This document shows, in pieces, positions 15,209-24,671 of a stretch of DNA of 64,000 nt. A program made the position numbers and the translations under genes. How positions within the stretch are numbered: position 1 is the first letter of the stretch; the number at the start of each line of letters is the position of its first letter. Below the pieces are notes generated by a model that was given only the letters and a program-made list of their open reading frames with translations, was not told the DNA's origin and did no database searches. The stretch lies in the IMG/VR virus record IMGVR_UViG_3300044730_001661, positions 3,997-67,996 of that record; one strand, 5' to 3'. This DNA comes from a virus.

Positions 15209-15466
15209 ATGAAGCCTATTGGTAAATGGATTGTTGCATCGTCTTTGATCGGTGGTGAAAAGAAGACCTCTGCCGGTATCATCTTTCAGGAGAAGTCCAA
15301 GAGCAAGATCATCCCTGCAAAGGTGATTGCTGTTGGAAACAAACTCACCGAAGATATCAAAGTCGGTGACGTTATCTGGTGGGATGTCAGTAAATTAAAA
15401 GATGGCTTCCGAGGAAACCATCTAGTCCACCAAGACTGGGTTGAGTTGGTAGAGCGAGAGGCTTAA
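15209..15466 (+). CDS. groES: GroES/gp31-like co-chaperonin
   Basis: MKPIGKWI...EKKTSAGII...AKVIAVG...IKVGDVI is the Cpn10 signature. Confidence 0.88.
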   Translation: MKPIGKWIVASSLIGGEKKTSAGIIFQEKSKSKIIPAKVIAVGNKLTEDIKVGDVIWWDVSKLKDGFRGNHLVHQDWVELVEREA

Positions 15467-16230
15467 GTTCCCTCTCGGCTGGAATCTATTACGGTACCTG
15501 GAGCGTATGTTGCGCTATTTATTGGACGATTTCTTTGTGAAGGATGGCCTTCCTGAAACTCCATAAAATGTGGATGTTTATAGAGTTGCATTTGGGCGTT
15601 ATAAGCTTGTCTACCTAATGCTGTTCCAGCAGGTGATCTTTCAAAATTTGGAGAGTTTCTTCTTTGTGCAACATATTGTTGTTGCAGGATTTCTGCTTGC
15701 TGTGCTAAACTCATCAAAGCTTTTGATGGGTATCTTTTACCCCCGTGAACTAAAGAAGGATCGCTCCATAGCACTTCTTGTGCATCGGTCATTGTAGCAA
15801 CACTTGGTTCACCTGGACCATCATTAGCATCATTAAACCCGTTAGTTGCATGTTCATCTGGGCGTCCAGCCAACTCACGTTCTTCATCTGGATTTGCATT
15901 TGTTGTGGCTAGACGAACCTCTACTTCGTTCAAAACTCTCGGGAACCCACCGTAAACAAAGTTTCCGGCCTGCACTTCAGTGCCTTCCTTCAATTGCTTC
16001 TTTTTCTTCTTTGCTTTCTTGACAGGCTTCTTGGACTTGTCGTTCTTCTTGGCCATATTAGCCTTGATTGCCTTGTCTCTGGAACCTAGGAACTCTTCGG
16101 ATCCGGTTTCAACTTCTCCGTCTCCATCATAGTCCTTGTCTGCAAGCTTGGAAAGCTTCTTCTCAAGAATATTAATTTGTTCTTGCAATTGTTCGCAGAG
16201 ATTTTTATAGTAATTTTGAAGGTAGTGCAT
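15463..16230 (-). CDS. Putative internal/virion protein with DxDGDG motif
   Basis: MHYLQNYYKNLCEQLQE coiled N-terminus; DYDGDGEVE; TATAAATA upstream. Confidence 0.75.
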   Translation of the reverse strand: MHYLQNYYKNLCEQLQEQINILEKKLSKLADKDYDGDGEVETGSEEFLGSRDKAIKANMAKKNDKSKKPVKKAKKKKKQLKEGTEVQAGNFVYGGFPRVLNEVEVRLATTNANPDEERELAGRPDEHATNGFNDANDGPGEPSVATMTDAQEVLWSDPSLVHGGKRYPSKALMSLAQQAEILQQQYVAQRRNSPNFERSPAGTALGRQAYNAQMQLYKHPHFMEFQEGHPSQRNRPINSATYAPGTVIDSSREGT

Positions 16231-16251
16231 TTAATTTGTCCTTAATGATAT

Positions 16252-19200
16252 TTATAAATTTGGAAGATAATGGTTGTAAGTTGGGTATGTGCCAAACGTA
16301 TACGATCCAACATTCTTCAATTGATTCAAAATCTCACTATAGTTTGCTGGCTTAATGGAATCAAAAGTTATTCCGTTTGCATAGCGGTCAGTAGGATAAC
16401 ATGGTCCCCAGAAAGGATCGAATACGAAACCATCACGGTCCAAACTTCTTTGAGACAACAGATCTATGGTTCCATCTAAACGAATACCGTAGGCCAAATC
16501 TCCTACGCTTCTGATCCAAGCAAACGGATTATCCAAAATATTATCATCGGCAACAGCAAGCACGGGAATGTTGCTACCAGCTAAAGTGTATCCCGTATTT
16601 GCAGAACCACCACTCAAGACTGGATAATTTCCTGCAGTATCTCCATAAGCAAATACTTTAACAATTACGTCATTTGTGATGTAATTTGTTTCTTTCACCA
16701 TCCACGGTGGTGGGTCCGATGCAGTGCTTCCAAAATAATCAAAATAAGAAAATCCAAATAAAGAGTCGGGTGCAGTTCCATCCAATGGGATTTCATATAC
16801 AGAAAGATATTCTCCATTGACTTTAGGAGGATTACCCCAACCTCCAGAAGTATTTGACATAGATGCTCTAGTATTAAGCCACATTGTGGACTCGTCATAA
16901 GTTTCTAAAGTAGGAGTTGGAATAACTAAACCTGGTGAAAGCGGATTGGGTCCATTTCCTATTTTCCATCTTGAACCACCCGGAGATGCTGGTGCATAAG
17001 CAAAATTAAATATTGGTGAGAATCCATATCTAGAATAATCAAAAGAAGCTGTACCAAGAGTAAAATCACCTTTCATGGTAACTCTACCATGATCCAATAT
17101 TTCTTGAGCGTAATTTGGATTGGTTGTAATATCAAAAATACATGGAACATATACATCATTACCCGCAAACGGAGTCCACGTTCCATTATTACTCAATATT
17201 CCAACCAATCCAGGTCCTCGTGCAGACTCATTATTTGCCAATCCACTACAAAAACGCTGTAGACTTACACATCTCGGGGGAACATAAACCAATTGCTGTG
17301 TATTATTAACTTCCAAAACAACTCCATAAATCATATCATAAAGTTGTTGGTCAAAATTAGAATTTTCTGGATAAGACCAAGTTTGTGAACCAGAATTATA
17401 AGTTGCTGTATAATGTTGTACCCTGCTCAGCAATCTTCTAACATATGGGTTTGAAGTAGCAACATCTTGGAATTTTACTACTTCACACATTTGAGTAGGA
17501 TGTGGAAAAGACGAACGTGAAGGAATATAACCTGTATAAGTTGGGTTGATGCAAGTTGCAACACCCCCACTGATATATCCACCCCAAACGGAGGTCACGG
17601 GGAAACGGACACCATCAATTTTTGGAATAAAGTTTAGAACATAAGCAATCTCCTTGCATGTTCCATTTATTATACTTCCAGTTACAGTACTTCCGCTCCA
17701 AGCATAATATTGCTTAAATTCATCTGGTCTAGCTCCAGGAGGGGGTCCTAAAGGTGGTGTTTCTAGGGTTCCAAATTCAGATGCTCTTCCAGATTCTGGA
17801 TCTTGTGGGTCCACAAATTTATTTTTTTTCTGGTTATATGAATTATAATAGTTGTTAGATCCAGTATTACCAGCTACACTTGTTATTTCGACTCCGTAAA
17901 GGCGACCAGATTTATGAAGGCACCACACATAAATCAAACTACCGAGTAGACCACCGGATACGGTTACTGATACAAAGTCCCTATTTTCTATAGTAACAGG
18001 ATTGTTTTCGTCATCTGTTAAAAACCCATTCGCAATCCAGTCTTCATCAAAATATGTCAAATACTCCCATGCAGCTGAAGTGCTTGCTATTCCCTGTGGA
18101 GTAGTATCGCTATTATACAATATTCTCACAGTTCCATTTTCATCTAACATTGCCAAACATTGATCTGTTGATAGATCAACTGATACCAGATTAATTTCAC
18201 CCGTAGCACCAACATCATCGACGCCATCCATATCCAGATCGTTGCCATATAAACCGGCAACCGGTGCAATTTTTCCTCCATTTGTGAGTACTACTGAATG
18301 GTAGTGACCTGCTCCTAAACGATATGGTGTCTGGTTAACGCCAGTGTATACAGTAGATGGAACCGTTGCCTGATTTGTAGTAACACCATCAAAGTTTGTA
18401 TTCGCTCCCCACGCTACGATAAAATTACCAGCATCATATCCTGTTGGTCCGACCGCCGCTAAAGCATGGGCAGCACCCGCAGCAATATCCACAATTCTGC
18501 CTTGTATTTCGGATGGGACCTCTACTACAGTTCCACCCACTATACTGAGAACACTATTTTCGCCAGTAAATCCCCAAGCATATAGAGTATTATTGATATC
18601 TAAAGCCATTGCAAAATAATCACCGGCTGCAATTTTTTTAATATCTGCAGAGAAAGATGGTCCAGTTAATCCAGACGGTACATCGTATATACCAATATAA
18701 GCAGGAAGATCTCCTGGATCTTTTGCTCCTCCCCAAATAAATATACGTCCAGAATCATTTAAAGCCATGGAATAATATTGACGAGCATCTATCTGTACTA
18801 TATTTCCAAGCCCAGTCATTCCACTCGGGACAGTGCACTGTCCAAAATCATTGCTTCCCCAGCAAATTACATCATTGGTATCTGTTAACACGACGGCGTG
18901 CTTCCAACCTGCGGCAACCTGTGTCACAACCTTGGATGAAAGAGATGGAGGTACGTTTTCTACTACACCCGAAGAACCTGGAGATCTACCCCATACGGAA
19001 ATTTGACCATTTTCTTTGGCTGCAATTGCCCAATCCGACCCAGCGTCTCCACCCATCGCTATATCAATAAAACCGGTACCGGATGGGAGATCGTCACGAA
19101 CTTTTCCAAATAGGTCAAATCCAGTAAATCCTAAAGATCCGTCTATTTTTATTACAAGAGTATTTTTGACGTTAGGGGCAACTTCTTTCAGTTCTCCAAA

Positions 19201-20424
19201 TGGAGCTAAGTTAAGTTCTTTGTTAGAAGTTTGGCCAAATCCGTGAGTAATATTATATGCAGAGGCCCCGCTGATCAAACTAGGATTTTTGCATTCTAGT
19301 GACCATACAGATGGCTGATTTAATATCAAATCATAGATTGCGCTAGTTATAGTAAAACTGGTAGTATATCCTGTTCGAGGAACAGAAAGCTTTTTATTGT
19401 TTTCTGTTATAAATACGCCACCACCATATCCGGCCGCTATTGAAATATGATTTGCACCTTTCACTTCTCCTGTTGCAAAATCATACCATTGATATTTGTT
19501 AAAAGTTGATGGTTCGATATATTCCGACCCAACACCTCTTCTAGCTGTATCGCCAATATCATACAAAGATCCCGGAACAGCATTTTGGGTTATCCAGTTA
19601 GTAGCCCATGTTCTTCCAGAAGTTCCAGGTTCATCGTATTCAATTGCTCCGGAAATATCACCTTTAGTTCCAAGAGCACCGCCCATAAACGCACGGCCTG
19701 CCAATCCGGAATCCCATTGAGTTGCAACATCTTGAACGCCTATTTCCAAAAAGTTAAATACACCACCAAAAGTTGATAAACCATTTGCAAGTAATGTATA
19801 TGGGAATTCTGGATAATATTCGTCAATACTATTAAAGTCATGGTTTCTTTCAACCATGTATCCGTAAATGTCACCGTCAACAACACGCAAAAGCGGTAGC
19901 GAAGACTCAAATGGTATTTCTCCGGTTGAACCAGAAATAAATGGTCCTTGCCCATCCATCGATGACATATCAAATAATGACAAGAAGTCATTTAAAGTAT
20001 TTTTGATTATACCAAAATTATTCATCCATTGATTGGTATCTTTGTTAAAGTAAAAAATACCAAATGGTGTTTTGAACGGTTGCCAGTCTTTGTATTCTAC
20101 TTGAGCAGGGGCCTTGAATGCCAAGGCATTTTGTTCAACCAGTTCCTTTGGCGAAATGCTCTTATATTTTTTCTCGATTGCCTTTTCTTTTAACAGGATA
20201 TCTTTTTTGGTTGGAAGATGTCTTTTATCTGTTACAATTGGCTTTTCTTTCTTTGGTAAAAATACTTTTTCTACCTTTATCGGATTTTTTGAAGATTCCT
20301 CAATTTCCTTTTGAGATTTTATAATAACTTCTTTAAAAGCTTCTTCTATAATTGGCTTTTTTGTTTGATTTTCAAAATTTTGCTTTGTAAATCTTTTTAT
20401 AAAATCTTCATTTGGGTGCGACAT
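16252..20424 (-). CDS. Large RCC1-repeat (beta-propeller) virion-associated protein
   Basis: Repeats such as VAAGWKHAVVL..CWGSNDFGQC, IAAGDYFAMAL..YAWG, IAAGAAHALA; TATAAATA 5 nt upstream. Confidence 0.85.
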   Translation of the reverse strand: MSHPNEDFIKRFTKQNFENQTKKPIIEEAFKEVIIKSQKEIEESSKNPIKVEKVFLPKKEKPIVTDKRHLPTKKDILLKEKAIEKKYKSISPKELVEQNALAFKAPAQVEYKDWQPFKTPFGIFYFNKDTNQWMNNFGIIKNTLNDFLSLFDMSSMDGQGPFISGSTGEIPFESSLPLLRVVDGDIYGYMVERNHDFNSIDEYYPEFPYTLLANGLSTFGGVFNFLEIGVQDVATQWDSGLAGRAFMGGALGTKGDISGAIEYDEPGTSGRTWATNWITQNAVPGSLYDIGDTARRGVGSEYIEPSTFNKYQWYDFATGEVKGANHISIAAGYGGGVFITENNKKLSVPRTGYTTSFTITSAIYDLILNQPSVWSLECKNPSLISGASAYNITHGFGQTSNKELNLAPFGELKEVAPNVKNTLVIKIDGSLGFTGFDLFGKVRDDLPSGTGFIDIAMGGDAGSDWAIAAKENGQISVWGRSPGSSGVVENVPPSLSSKVVTQVAAGWKHAVVLTDTNDVICWGSNDFGQCTVPSGMTGLGNIVQIDARQYYSMALNDSGRIFIWGGAKDPGDLPAYIGIYDVPSGLTGPSFSADIKKIAAGDYFAMALDINNTLYAWGFTGENSVLSIVGGTVVEVPSEIQGRIVDIAAGAAHALAAVGPTGYDAGNFIVAWGANTNFDGVTTNQATVPSTVYTGVNQTPYRLGAGHYHSVVLTNGGKIAPVAGLYGNDLDMDGVDDVGATGEINLVSVDLSTDQCLAMLDENGTVRILYNSDTTPQGIASTSAAWEYLTYFDEDWIANGFLTDDENNPVTIENRDFVSVTVSGGLLGSLIYVWCLHKSGRLYGVEITSVAGNTGSNNYYNSYNQKKNKFVDPQDPESGRASEFGTLETPPLGPPPGARPDEFKQYYAWSGSTVTGSIINGTCKEIAYVLNFIPKIDGVRFPVTSVWGGYISGGVATCINPTYTGYIPSRSSFPHPTQMCEVVKFQDVATSNPYVRRLLSRVQHYTATYNSGSQTWSYPENSNFDQQLYDMIYGVVLEVNNTQQLVYVPPRCVSLQRFCSGLANNESARGPGLVGILSNNGTWTPFAGNDVYVPCIFDITTNPNYAQEILDHGRVTMKGDFTLGTASFDYSRYGFSPIFNFAYAPASPGGSRWKIGNGPNPLSPGLVIPTPTLETYDESTMWLNTRASMSNTSGGWGNPPKVNGEYLSVYEIPLDGTAPDSLFGFSYFDYFGSTASDPPPWMVKETNYITNDVIVKVFAYGDTAGNYPVLSGGSANTGYTLAGSNIPVLAVADDNILDNPFAWIRSVGDLAYGIRLDGTIDLLSQRSLDRDGFVFDPFWGPCYPTDRYANGITFDSIKPANYSEILNQLKNVGSYTFGTYPTYNHYLPNL

Positions 20425-20478
20425 AGAAATATTTATACCTATCTTTGACTTGGTTAAACTATACTATATAATCCGTAA

Positions 20479-20646
20479 ATGAGAAATAATAATTTAGAAG
20501 AACTATTTTACGAGTATGGCCATATCCAATATAAAATTGGAAGAATGGAAACCGATGAAAAATCAAATACGAAAGATTACAGCAAAGCGGTAGCAGAAAA
20601 AGAAAGATTGGCAGAAGCCTTCAGAATGGTATGTAAAAAGAATTAA
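20479..20646 (+). CDS. Small hypothetical protein (55 aa), leaderless
   Basis: TTGACT...TATAAT-6nt-ATG; MRNNNLEELFYEYG... Confidence 0.65.
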   Translation: MRNNNLEELFYEYGHIQYKIGRMETDEKSNTKDYSKAVAEKERLAEAFRMVCKKN

Positions 20647-20834
20647 ATCACAGAATCGCCTATAGTTGTTTTAATAATGCTATTAACATATCGGGGTGCA
20701 TATCCCCTCAATTTTTCAAGAAGCTGCTTTCTCACTTCTGCTTTCCACTGTTCGAGACCAATGTTCGTTTGATCCTGCCCCGAAGCAACTTCCGAAGGCG
20801 TACTGATCTGCTCTACATTATATAAGTTTCCCAT
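20643..20834 (-). CDS. Small late protein (63 aa)
   Basis: TAAATA-5nt-ATG gives MGNLYNVEQ... Confidence 0.55.
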   Translation of the reverse strand: MGNLYNVEQISTPSEVASGQDQTNIGLEQWKAEVRKQLLEKLRGYAPRYVNSIIKTTIGDSVI

Positions 20835-20847
20835 AGGATTATTTATC

Positions 20848-21120
20848 ATGGCAAAATCAAAGAAAAAATCAAAATCCAAAGTAACCCCAAAGCCAAAATA
20901 TCCAGATTATATTGAGGCTTTCATTCAAAAAGTCCACTCCGAAACACCTTTTATTGTCAGAGTGGATCAATATCAGAATGACAAGTCATATCATGTGGGG
21001 GTGATTAAAAAATCTCCAAGAACTCGGCATTGCATATGGATGGTCGGTTATGTAGACAAACCAGAATATCTTTCTCAATTTTGGACCTCTAACGCTTTTA
21101 AGTCCAATCAAAAAGACTAA
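20848..21120 (+). CDS. Basic hypothetical protein (90 aa)
   Basis: Open ORF whose stop lies in the TAAATA preceding the next gene. Confidence 0.65.
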   Translation: MAKSKKKSKSKVTPKPKYPDYIEAFIQKVHSETPFIVRVDQYQNDKSYHVGVIKKSPRTRHCIWMVGYVDKPEYLSQFWTSNAFKSNQKD

Positions 21121-21131
21121 ATATTTGTACC

Positions 21132-21374
21132 ATGTACGACAAATATTTTTTAGTAAATCGTCTTCCAGCAGTAAACGTAGCTATCCCAAAGCATAAGGGT
21201 ATCATTGTTAGCGCAAATACAAACGCTCAACTTTCATTCAATTTTTATAGTGAAATTGGAGTTACGATGACGGCAGGATTCACTTTCTCTGCCGGAACAT
21301 CCATTCTTCCAATACAGCCACAATCTTTGGCCGCTGCCGTTCCCGCTGGTGTGACTGCTTTTTATCTAAACTGA
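21132..21374 (+). CDS. Small putative virion protein (80 aa)
   Basis: TAAATA upstream; beta-strand-rich composition. Confidence 0.7.
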   Translation: MYDKYFLVNRLPAVNVAIPKHKGIIVSANTNAQLSFNFYSEIGVTMTAGFTFSAGTSILPIQPQSLAAAVPAGVTAFYLN

Positions 21375-21377
21375 TAA

Positions 21378-21818
21378 ATGCCAAGTTTAAATTTATCCAT
21401 CAATCTTGGTGCCAGTGAACCAGGTTCGGCTCCCGAACCACCTCAATTTACAGCAGATTGGGGAAATATCAATACAATGGATAATACAGCCACTGTTTAT
21501 TGGGCAAGTACAACAGGTGCGCAATTAAATAAAGCACATGCAACCCAAATAACATTTTCTGGCTTAGGAAAAACTATTACAGTAACTTTATCTATAAGTG
21601 GTGATAGTGCAGGGGTATCAAGTGTTCGGCATGAAAAAAATGGTGGAGGTATCAAAACCACTTCAACGGTTCCTGTTACAGACGGGGATACTTTAATAGT
21701 CGGTGTTGTTTCACCAGTCTTCGCTCCTAGTAATGGCGGTGGAAATCTTATAGTTACAAATACAACCGATGGATATGTGATAGACACTATACCATATACA
21801 GCTGACATTGGAATATAA
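21378..21818 (+). CDS. Putative Ig-like virion protein (146 aa)
   Basis: G/S/T-rich; C-terminus (V..GD.L..G...G.L.V.N......D.I.Y) resembles the end of 50905-52407. Confidence 0.7.
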   Translation: MPSLNLSINLGASEPGSAPEPPQFTADWGNINTMDNTATVYWASTTGAQLNKAHATQITFSGLGKTITVTLSISGDSAGVSSVRHEKNGGGIKTTSTVPVTDGDTLIVGVVSPVFAPSNGGGNLIVTNTTDGYVIDTIPYTADIGI

Positions 21819-22017
21819 AGAAATACGTTGCCTAGTCACCAATAAAATTTTAAATTCCGATGAATGGTATTGGTATTCATGGGAAATGGAAGCCGTTATT
21901 TCAGCACCGGGTCTTGCCGAAATAGAAATTCGCCGTCATGATCCTGACGACGAATTTGCTAAAATGTTATGGGAAGAGTGGGAATGGACCCGAGAGATCG
22001 GGTACCCGGATCTTTAA
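21808..22017 (+). CDS. Hypothetical Trp-rich protein (69 aa)
   Basis: ORF with TTG start; natural-looking composition. Confidence 0.55.
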   Translation: MEYKEIRCLVTNKILNSDEWYWYSWEMEAVISAPGLAEIEIRRHDPDDEFAKMLWEEWEWTREIGYPDL

Positions 22018-23063
22018 GCTCCGAAGAACTTATTAATCTTATCCGATACGCTCTCGTTGGTAGCCCCTCTGGTGACAACTCTTGCTGTTCTGCCGCCCGG
22101 AAGAACGACACGACCTTCTGTATCTGGTTTTAACCCAGAGACTGCTTTCTTGGTTCTTTCTCTTCTAGTTGGTGCAGGTGCAGAAACAGTTGATCTTGGA
22201 GTGGGTTGTGGTGCGCCCAATCCTTGGGCAATTAATGCTTGGTTGGCTGCTGAGGTACTAACATTCATTGCTTCTCTGCCGACTGGTGTAGGGAGAGATC
22301 CCATGCCACCCATGCTCGGTGCAGGTTCATCTCCGACAGAGAATTTTGGAACGCGGCTAATATTTACATCTACTACGCGGTCCAATCTTCCGTCCTTTAC
22401 ATCGGCTGAAACGTCAAAGGCATCTGCGTCTCCATCACCATCTACGTCTACCGGGCGAAGATCTGGTGTTGCATCAACCATAGCGTTTTCTGCATCCGGT
22501 GTTCTGTTGGGGGTTTGCATTCTACGAAGTCTTTCCATTGCCTCGTATGTTCTGCGATTTGTCCAGGTGGACAACGGCCCGGGAGAAGGTGTGTCGGGCA
22601 AAGCTTCAAAATCTTCTCTTCCAACGGATCCAGGTCCGATTACAGCTTCACCCTGGCCAATTGCATAGGCTTGTGCTGCCGCAGCTTTCGCAATATTTCT
22701 TGCACCTTTTTCTCCAATTTTAAGAGCCTCGCTGGGTTTCAACGCTGGATTTGGATTTTTTAAAGTTCCTTTTCCTCTGTTTCCTGAACCTTCACCTTGT
22801 TCTGTTGGTCTTACGCCAGTATTTACAGTTTGAATAAGATCAAAGATTCCTTTAGCAATTCTGCCAGCAATTTCGTTTTCTGCAGAACCTTGACCGATTG
22901 TTCCGGGTCTGGTACGACCACCGATACTGGTTTGCCCTTGCTTTAAACCAGTCTCACCAGAAATCTGTTGTGCTTCTGAGAGAAGTTTGGCATGATTGTG
23001 CTGTACAGTGTTAGCAGCATTTTTAAGATCGTGGATCCAATTATAATAGCCTTGATTACTCAT
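22014..23063 (-). CDS. Putative internal head protein, low complexity, DVDGDGD motif
   Basis: TATAAATA-5nt-ATG; LLSE and TNE possible prohead-protease sites. Confidence 0.75.
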   Translation of the reverse strand: MSNQGYYNWIHDLKNAANTVQHNHAKLLSEAQQISGETGLKQGQTSIGGRTRPGTIGQGSAENEIAGRIAKGIFDLIQTVNTGVRPTEQGEGSGNRGKGTLKNPNPALKPSEALKIGEKGARNIAKAAAAQAYAIGQGEAVIGPGSVGREDFEALPDTPSPGPLSTWTNRRTYEAMERLRRMQTPNRTPDAENAMVDATPDLRPVDVDGDGDADAFDVSADVKDGRLDRVVDVNISRVPKFSVGDEPAPSMGGMGSLPTPVGREAMNVSTSAANQALIAQGLGAPQPTPRSTVSAPAPTRRERTKKAVSGLKPDTEGRVVLPGGRTARVVTRGATNESVSDKINKFFGA

Positions 23064-23111
23064 ACAATTATTTATACTTGACTTTAGTTCAACGTGCTAT
23101 ATAGTACTGGC

Positions 23112-23246
23112 ATGGATTATGGATCACATGGTGCAGGCAAAGGTGACGGATATCGGGCAGTAAATCTTGCCCAGTACCAGAAGAATTATGAAGCTATTTT
23201 TGGCAAGAAAAAGGCTAAGACTAAACCCAAAAAGCCAAAAAAGTAA
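23112..23246 (+). CDS. Small basic phage protein (GAGKGD..R.V...Y..NY..IF family), leaderless
   Basis: TTGACT...TATAGT-6nt-ATG; 44 aa. Confidence 0.7.
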   Translation: MDYGSHGAGKGDGYRAVNLAQYQKNYEAIFGKKKAKTKPKKPKK

Positions 23247-23251
23247 AATTT

Positions 23252-23323
23252 GCGGATGTAACTCAATGGTAGAGTGCTAGCCTTCCAAGCTTGCTGTTGA
23301 GGGTTCGAGTCCCTTCATCCGCT
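23252..23323 (+). tRNA. tRNA-Gly(TCC)
   Basis: GCGGATG/CATCCGC; AGC-CTTCCAA-GCT; GGTTCGAGTCC. Confidence 0.93.
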
Positions 23324-23339
23324 TTGACAATTGAAGACC

Positions 23340-23470
23340 ATTAAGCTGCTCGGGATAACTGATACCCTGCAGCAATCAGAGGTGGGGCGCGAATACCTCA
23401 GAAGAACGCGAAGGGCTAGTATTATACTTCCCAAGGCTTGATCGGCCTTGGAAAAAGGATTCAATGCCCG
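23340..23470 (+). ncRNA. Candidate pseudoknotted ncRNA between tRNA-Gly and tRNA-Tyr
   Basis: GCTGC/GCAGC with loop CTGAT pairing to ATCAG; GAGGT/ACCTC with CGCG/CGCG; CCAAGGC/GCCTTGG inside GGGC/GCCC. Confidence 0.5.
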
Positions 23471-23476
23471 TTTTTA

Positions 23477-23558
23477 GCGAGTTTACTCAAGCGGTCAACG
23501 AGGGCAGACTGTAAATCTGCTGGCATTGCCTACGAAGGTTCGAATCCTTCAGCTCGCA
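23477..23558 (+). tRNA. tRNA-Tyr(GTA)
   Basis: GCGAGTT/AGCTCGC; GCAGA-CTGTAAA-TCTGC; long variable arm; GGTTCGAATCC. Confidence 0.95.
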
Positions 23559-23572
23559 CTAAATAGTTTTAT

Positions 23573-23661
23573 GCGTAGTTCAGTCAACGCTGACTAGAAT
23601 CGCCTACTTGCAAGGGGTGATTTGATACAGAGCAACAGAGGTGCAAGTCCTCCACTACGCT
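23573..23661 (+). ncRNA. Aberrant tRNA-like RNA
   Basis: Acceptor GCGTAGT/ACTACGC; T-arm GAGG-TGCAAGT-CCTC; AGTCA/TGACT arm; ATCGCCT/GGGTGAT arm with CTTGCAA in the loop; TAAATA upstream. Confidence 0.55.
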
Positions 23662-23663
23662 TT

Positions 23664-23723
23664 GGTATTGTTGAGCTTGGATAGAAATACGGCAACACAG
23701 GGGTTCGATTCCCCTCGGCTCCA
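23664..23723 (+). ncRNA. ssrA: Permuted tmRNA, acceptor piece (3' part)
   Basis: TACGGCA helix-2 strand; T-arm AGGGG-TTCGATT-CCCCT; acceptor strand CGGCTCC-A. Confidence 0.88.
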
Positions 23724-23820
23724 TTAGCCTAACCCAGAGTCCCTGCAACCTCTGGAGACGGCGAAACAAGTCCTCGTAGCAGCGGGGCACGACCTGAAGT
23801 CCTAGGCTTCAGGTCAATAA

Positions 23821-23984
23821 GGGGCTGAACTGGCTTCGACTGTCGTAAAGTATTGAAGAAGGAGATACCCGACACGGGTAACAAGTGTCGTAAATAAACA
23901 GTTGCAAATATAAAAGCCGCACCAATGCGGATGGCTGCTTAAAGCAGTGGGGTTTCCCGGTTTTCCCGCATCTGAAAAACCGGG
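23821..23984 (+). ncRNA. ssrA: Permuted tmRNA, coding piece (5' part); tag ANIKAAPMRMAA*
   Basis: GGGGCTGAACTGGCTTCGAC 5' end; G3:U70 with the acceptor piece; TGTCGTA pairs with TACGGCA; tag frame 23904-23942 ending AA-stop; terminal hairpin plus T-run. Confidence 0.9.
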
Positions 23985-24007
23985 TTTTTTATTGGATAAA
24001 TATTTGT

Positions 24008-24175
24008 ATGATTGTACACAAAGGTAACAAATGGATGGTTATGGACTCCGAAGGTGAAAAAGTCCTCGGGACTCATGAAACAGAAAAAGATGCCAAAAAA
24101 CAATTGGCTGCTATTGAAATTTCAAAGCATAAAAAATTAAAGACTTTCAAGGAACACCTAGAAGATAATTCTTGA
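24008..24175 (+). CDS. Small late protein (55 aa; LGTH.T...A..QL.AIE family)
   Basis: TAAATA-5nt-ATG; MIVHKGNKWMVMDSEGEKVLGTHETEKDAKKQLAAIEISK... Confidence 0.75.
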   Translation: MIVHKGNKWMVMDSEGEKVLGTHETEKDAKKQLAAIEISKHKKLKTFKEHLEDNS

Positions 24176-24205
24176 CTAGTCTGCTCCTTAGTGCATATTA
24201 TCGTC

Positions 24206-24379
24206 ATGCCAAACTCTAAGCAACGTATTACTGCTCGTCGTCACAAGAAGCGTAAGGACCGTCTTGCACGGAACCGCGCTAATAGCCTCATGGAGGCAAA
24301 AGTTGGTACACTTCGTGCGCTTGACGCGATTGGCCAACTCCCCAAGTCTGTCAAGCAAAAGAGACTGCCTAATGGCTAA
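24206..24379 (+). CDS. Small very basic protein (57 aa), leaderless
   Basis: TTGACT...CATATT-6nt-ATG; R/K-rich. Confidence 0.7.
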   Translation: MPNSKQRITARRHKKRKDRLARNRANSLMEAKVGTLRALDAIGQLPKSVKQKRLPNG

Positions 24380-24671
24380 GACTGAAACTCAGATGTCTCT
24401 TGCGGATGTTCGCAAGACCTATGACTCTATTGATTGTTTTTTTACTTACTATGATGGTGACAAATCTACGTTTGATTTTTATGGAACTAATGCTACTGGT
24501 GCAGAGGTGCGCATTTCCCTTGGCGGATGCCCCGCTTGGATCAAGCATATGTCTTTTGGTCCTCAAGACCCACTAAATATTTCCGATGCCATTGAGCGTC
24601 ATGTTCGTTATATCTCTGTCACGGATAACCGTGGCAAGGTTGTTTACGAGCAGTTCTTCGACACTAACTAA
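24372..24671 (+). CDS. Hypothetical protein (99 aa)
   Basis: ATG overlapping the upstream stop; MAKTETQMS... Confidence 0.75.
   Translation: MAKTETQMSLADVRKTYDSIDCFFTYYDGDKSTFDFYGTNATGAEVRISLGGCPAWIKHMSFGPQDPLNISDAIERHVRYISVTDNRGKVVYEQFFDTN

Noticed and set aside
23724-23820. HDV-like/theta or hammerhead ribozyme in the tmRNA intervening segment
   Set aside because: TCCTCG and GAAAC fragments are present, but the P3/P1 pairings and a CTGANGA core could not be built by eye.
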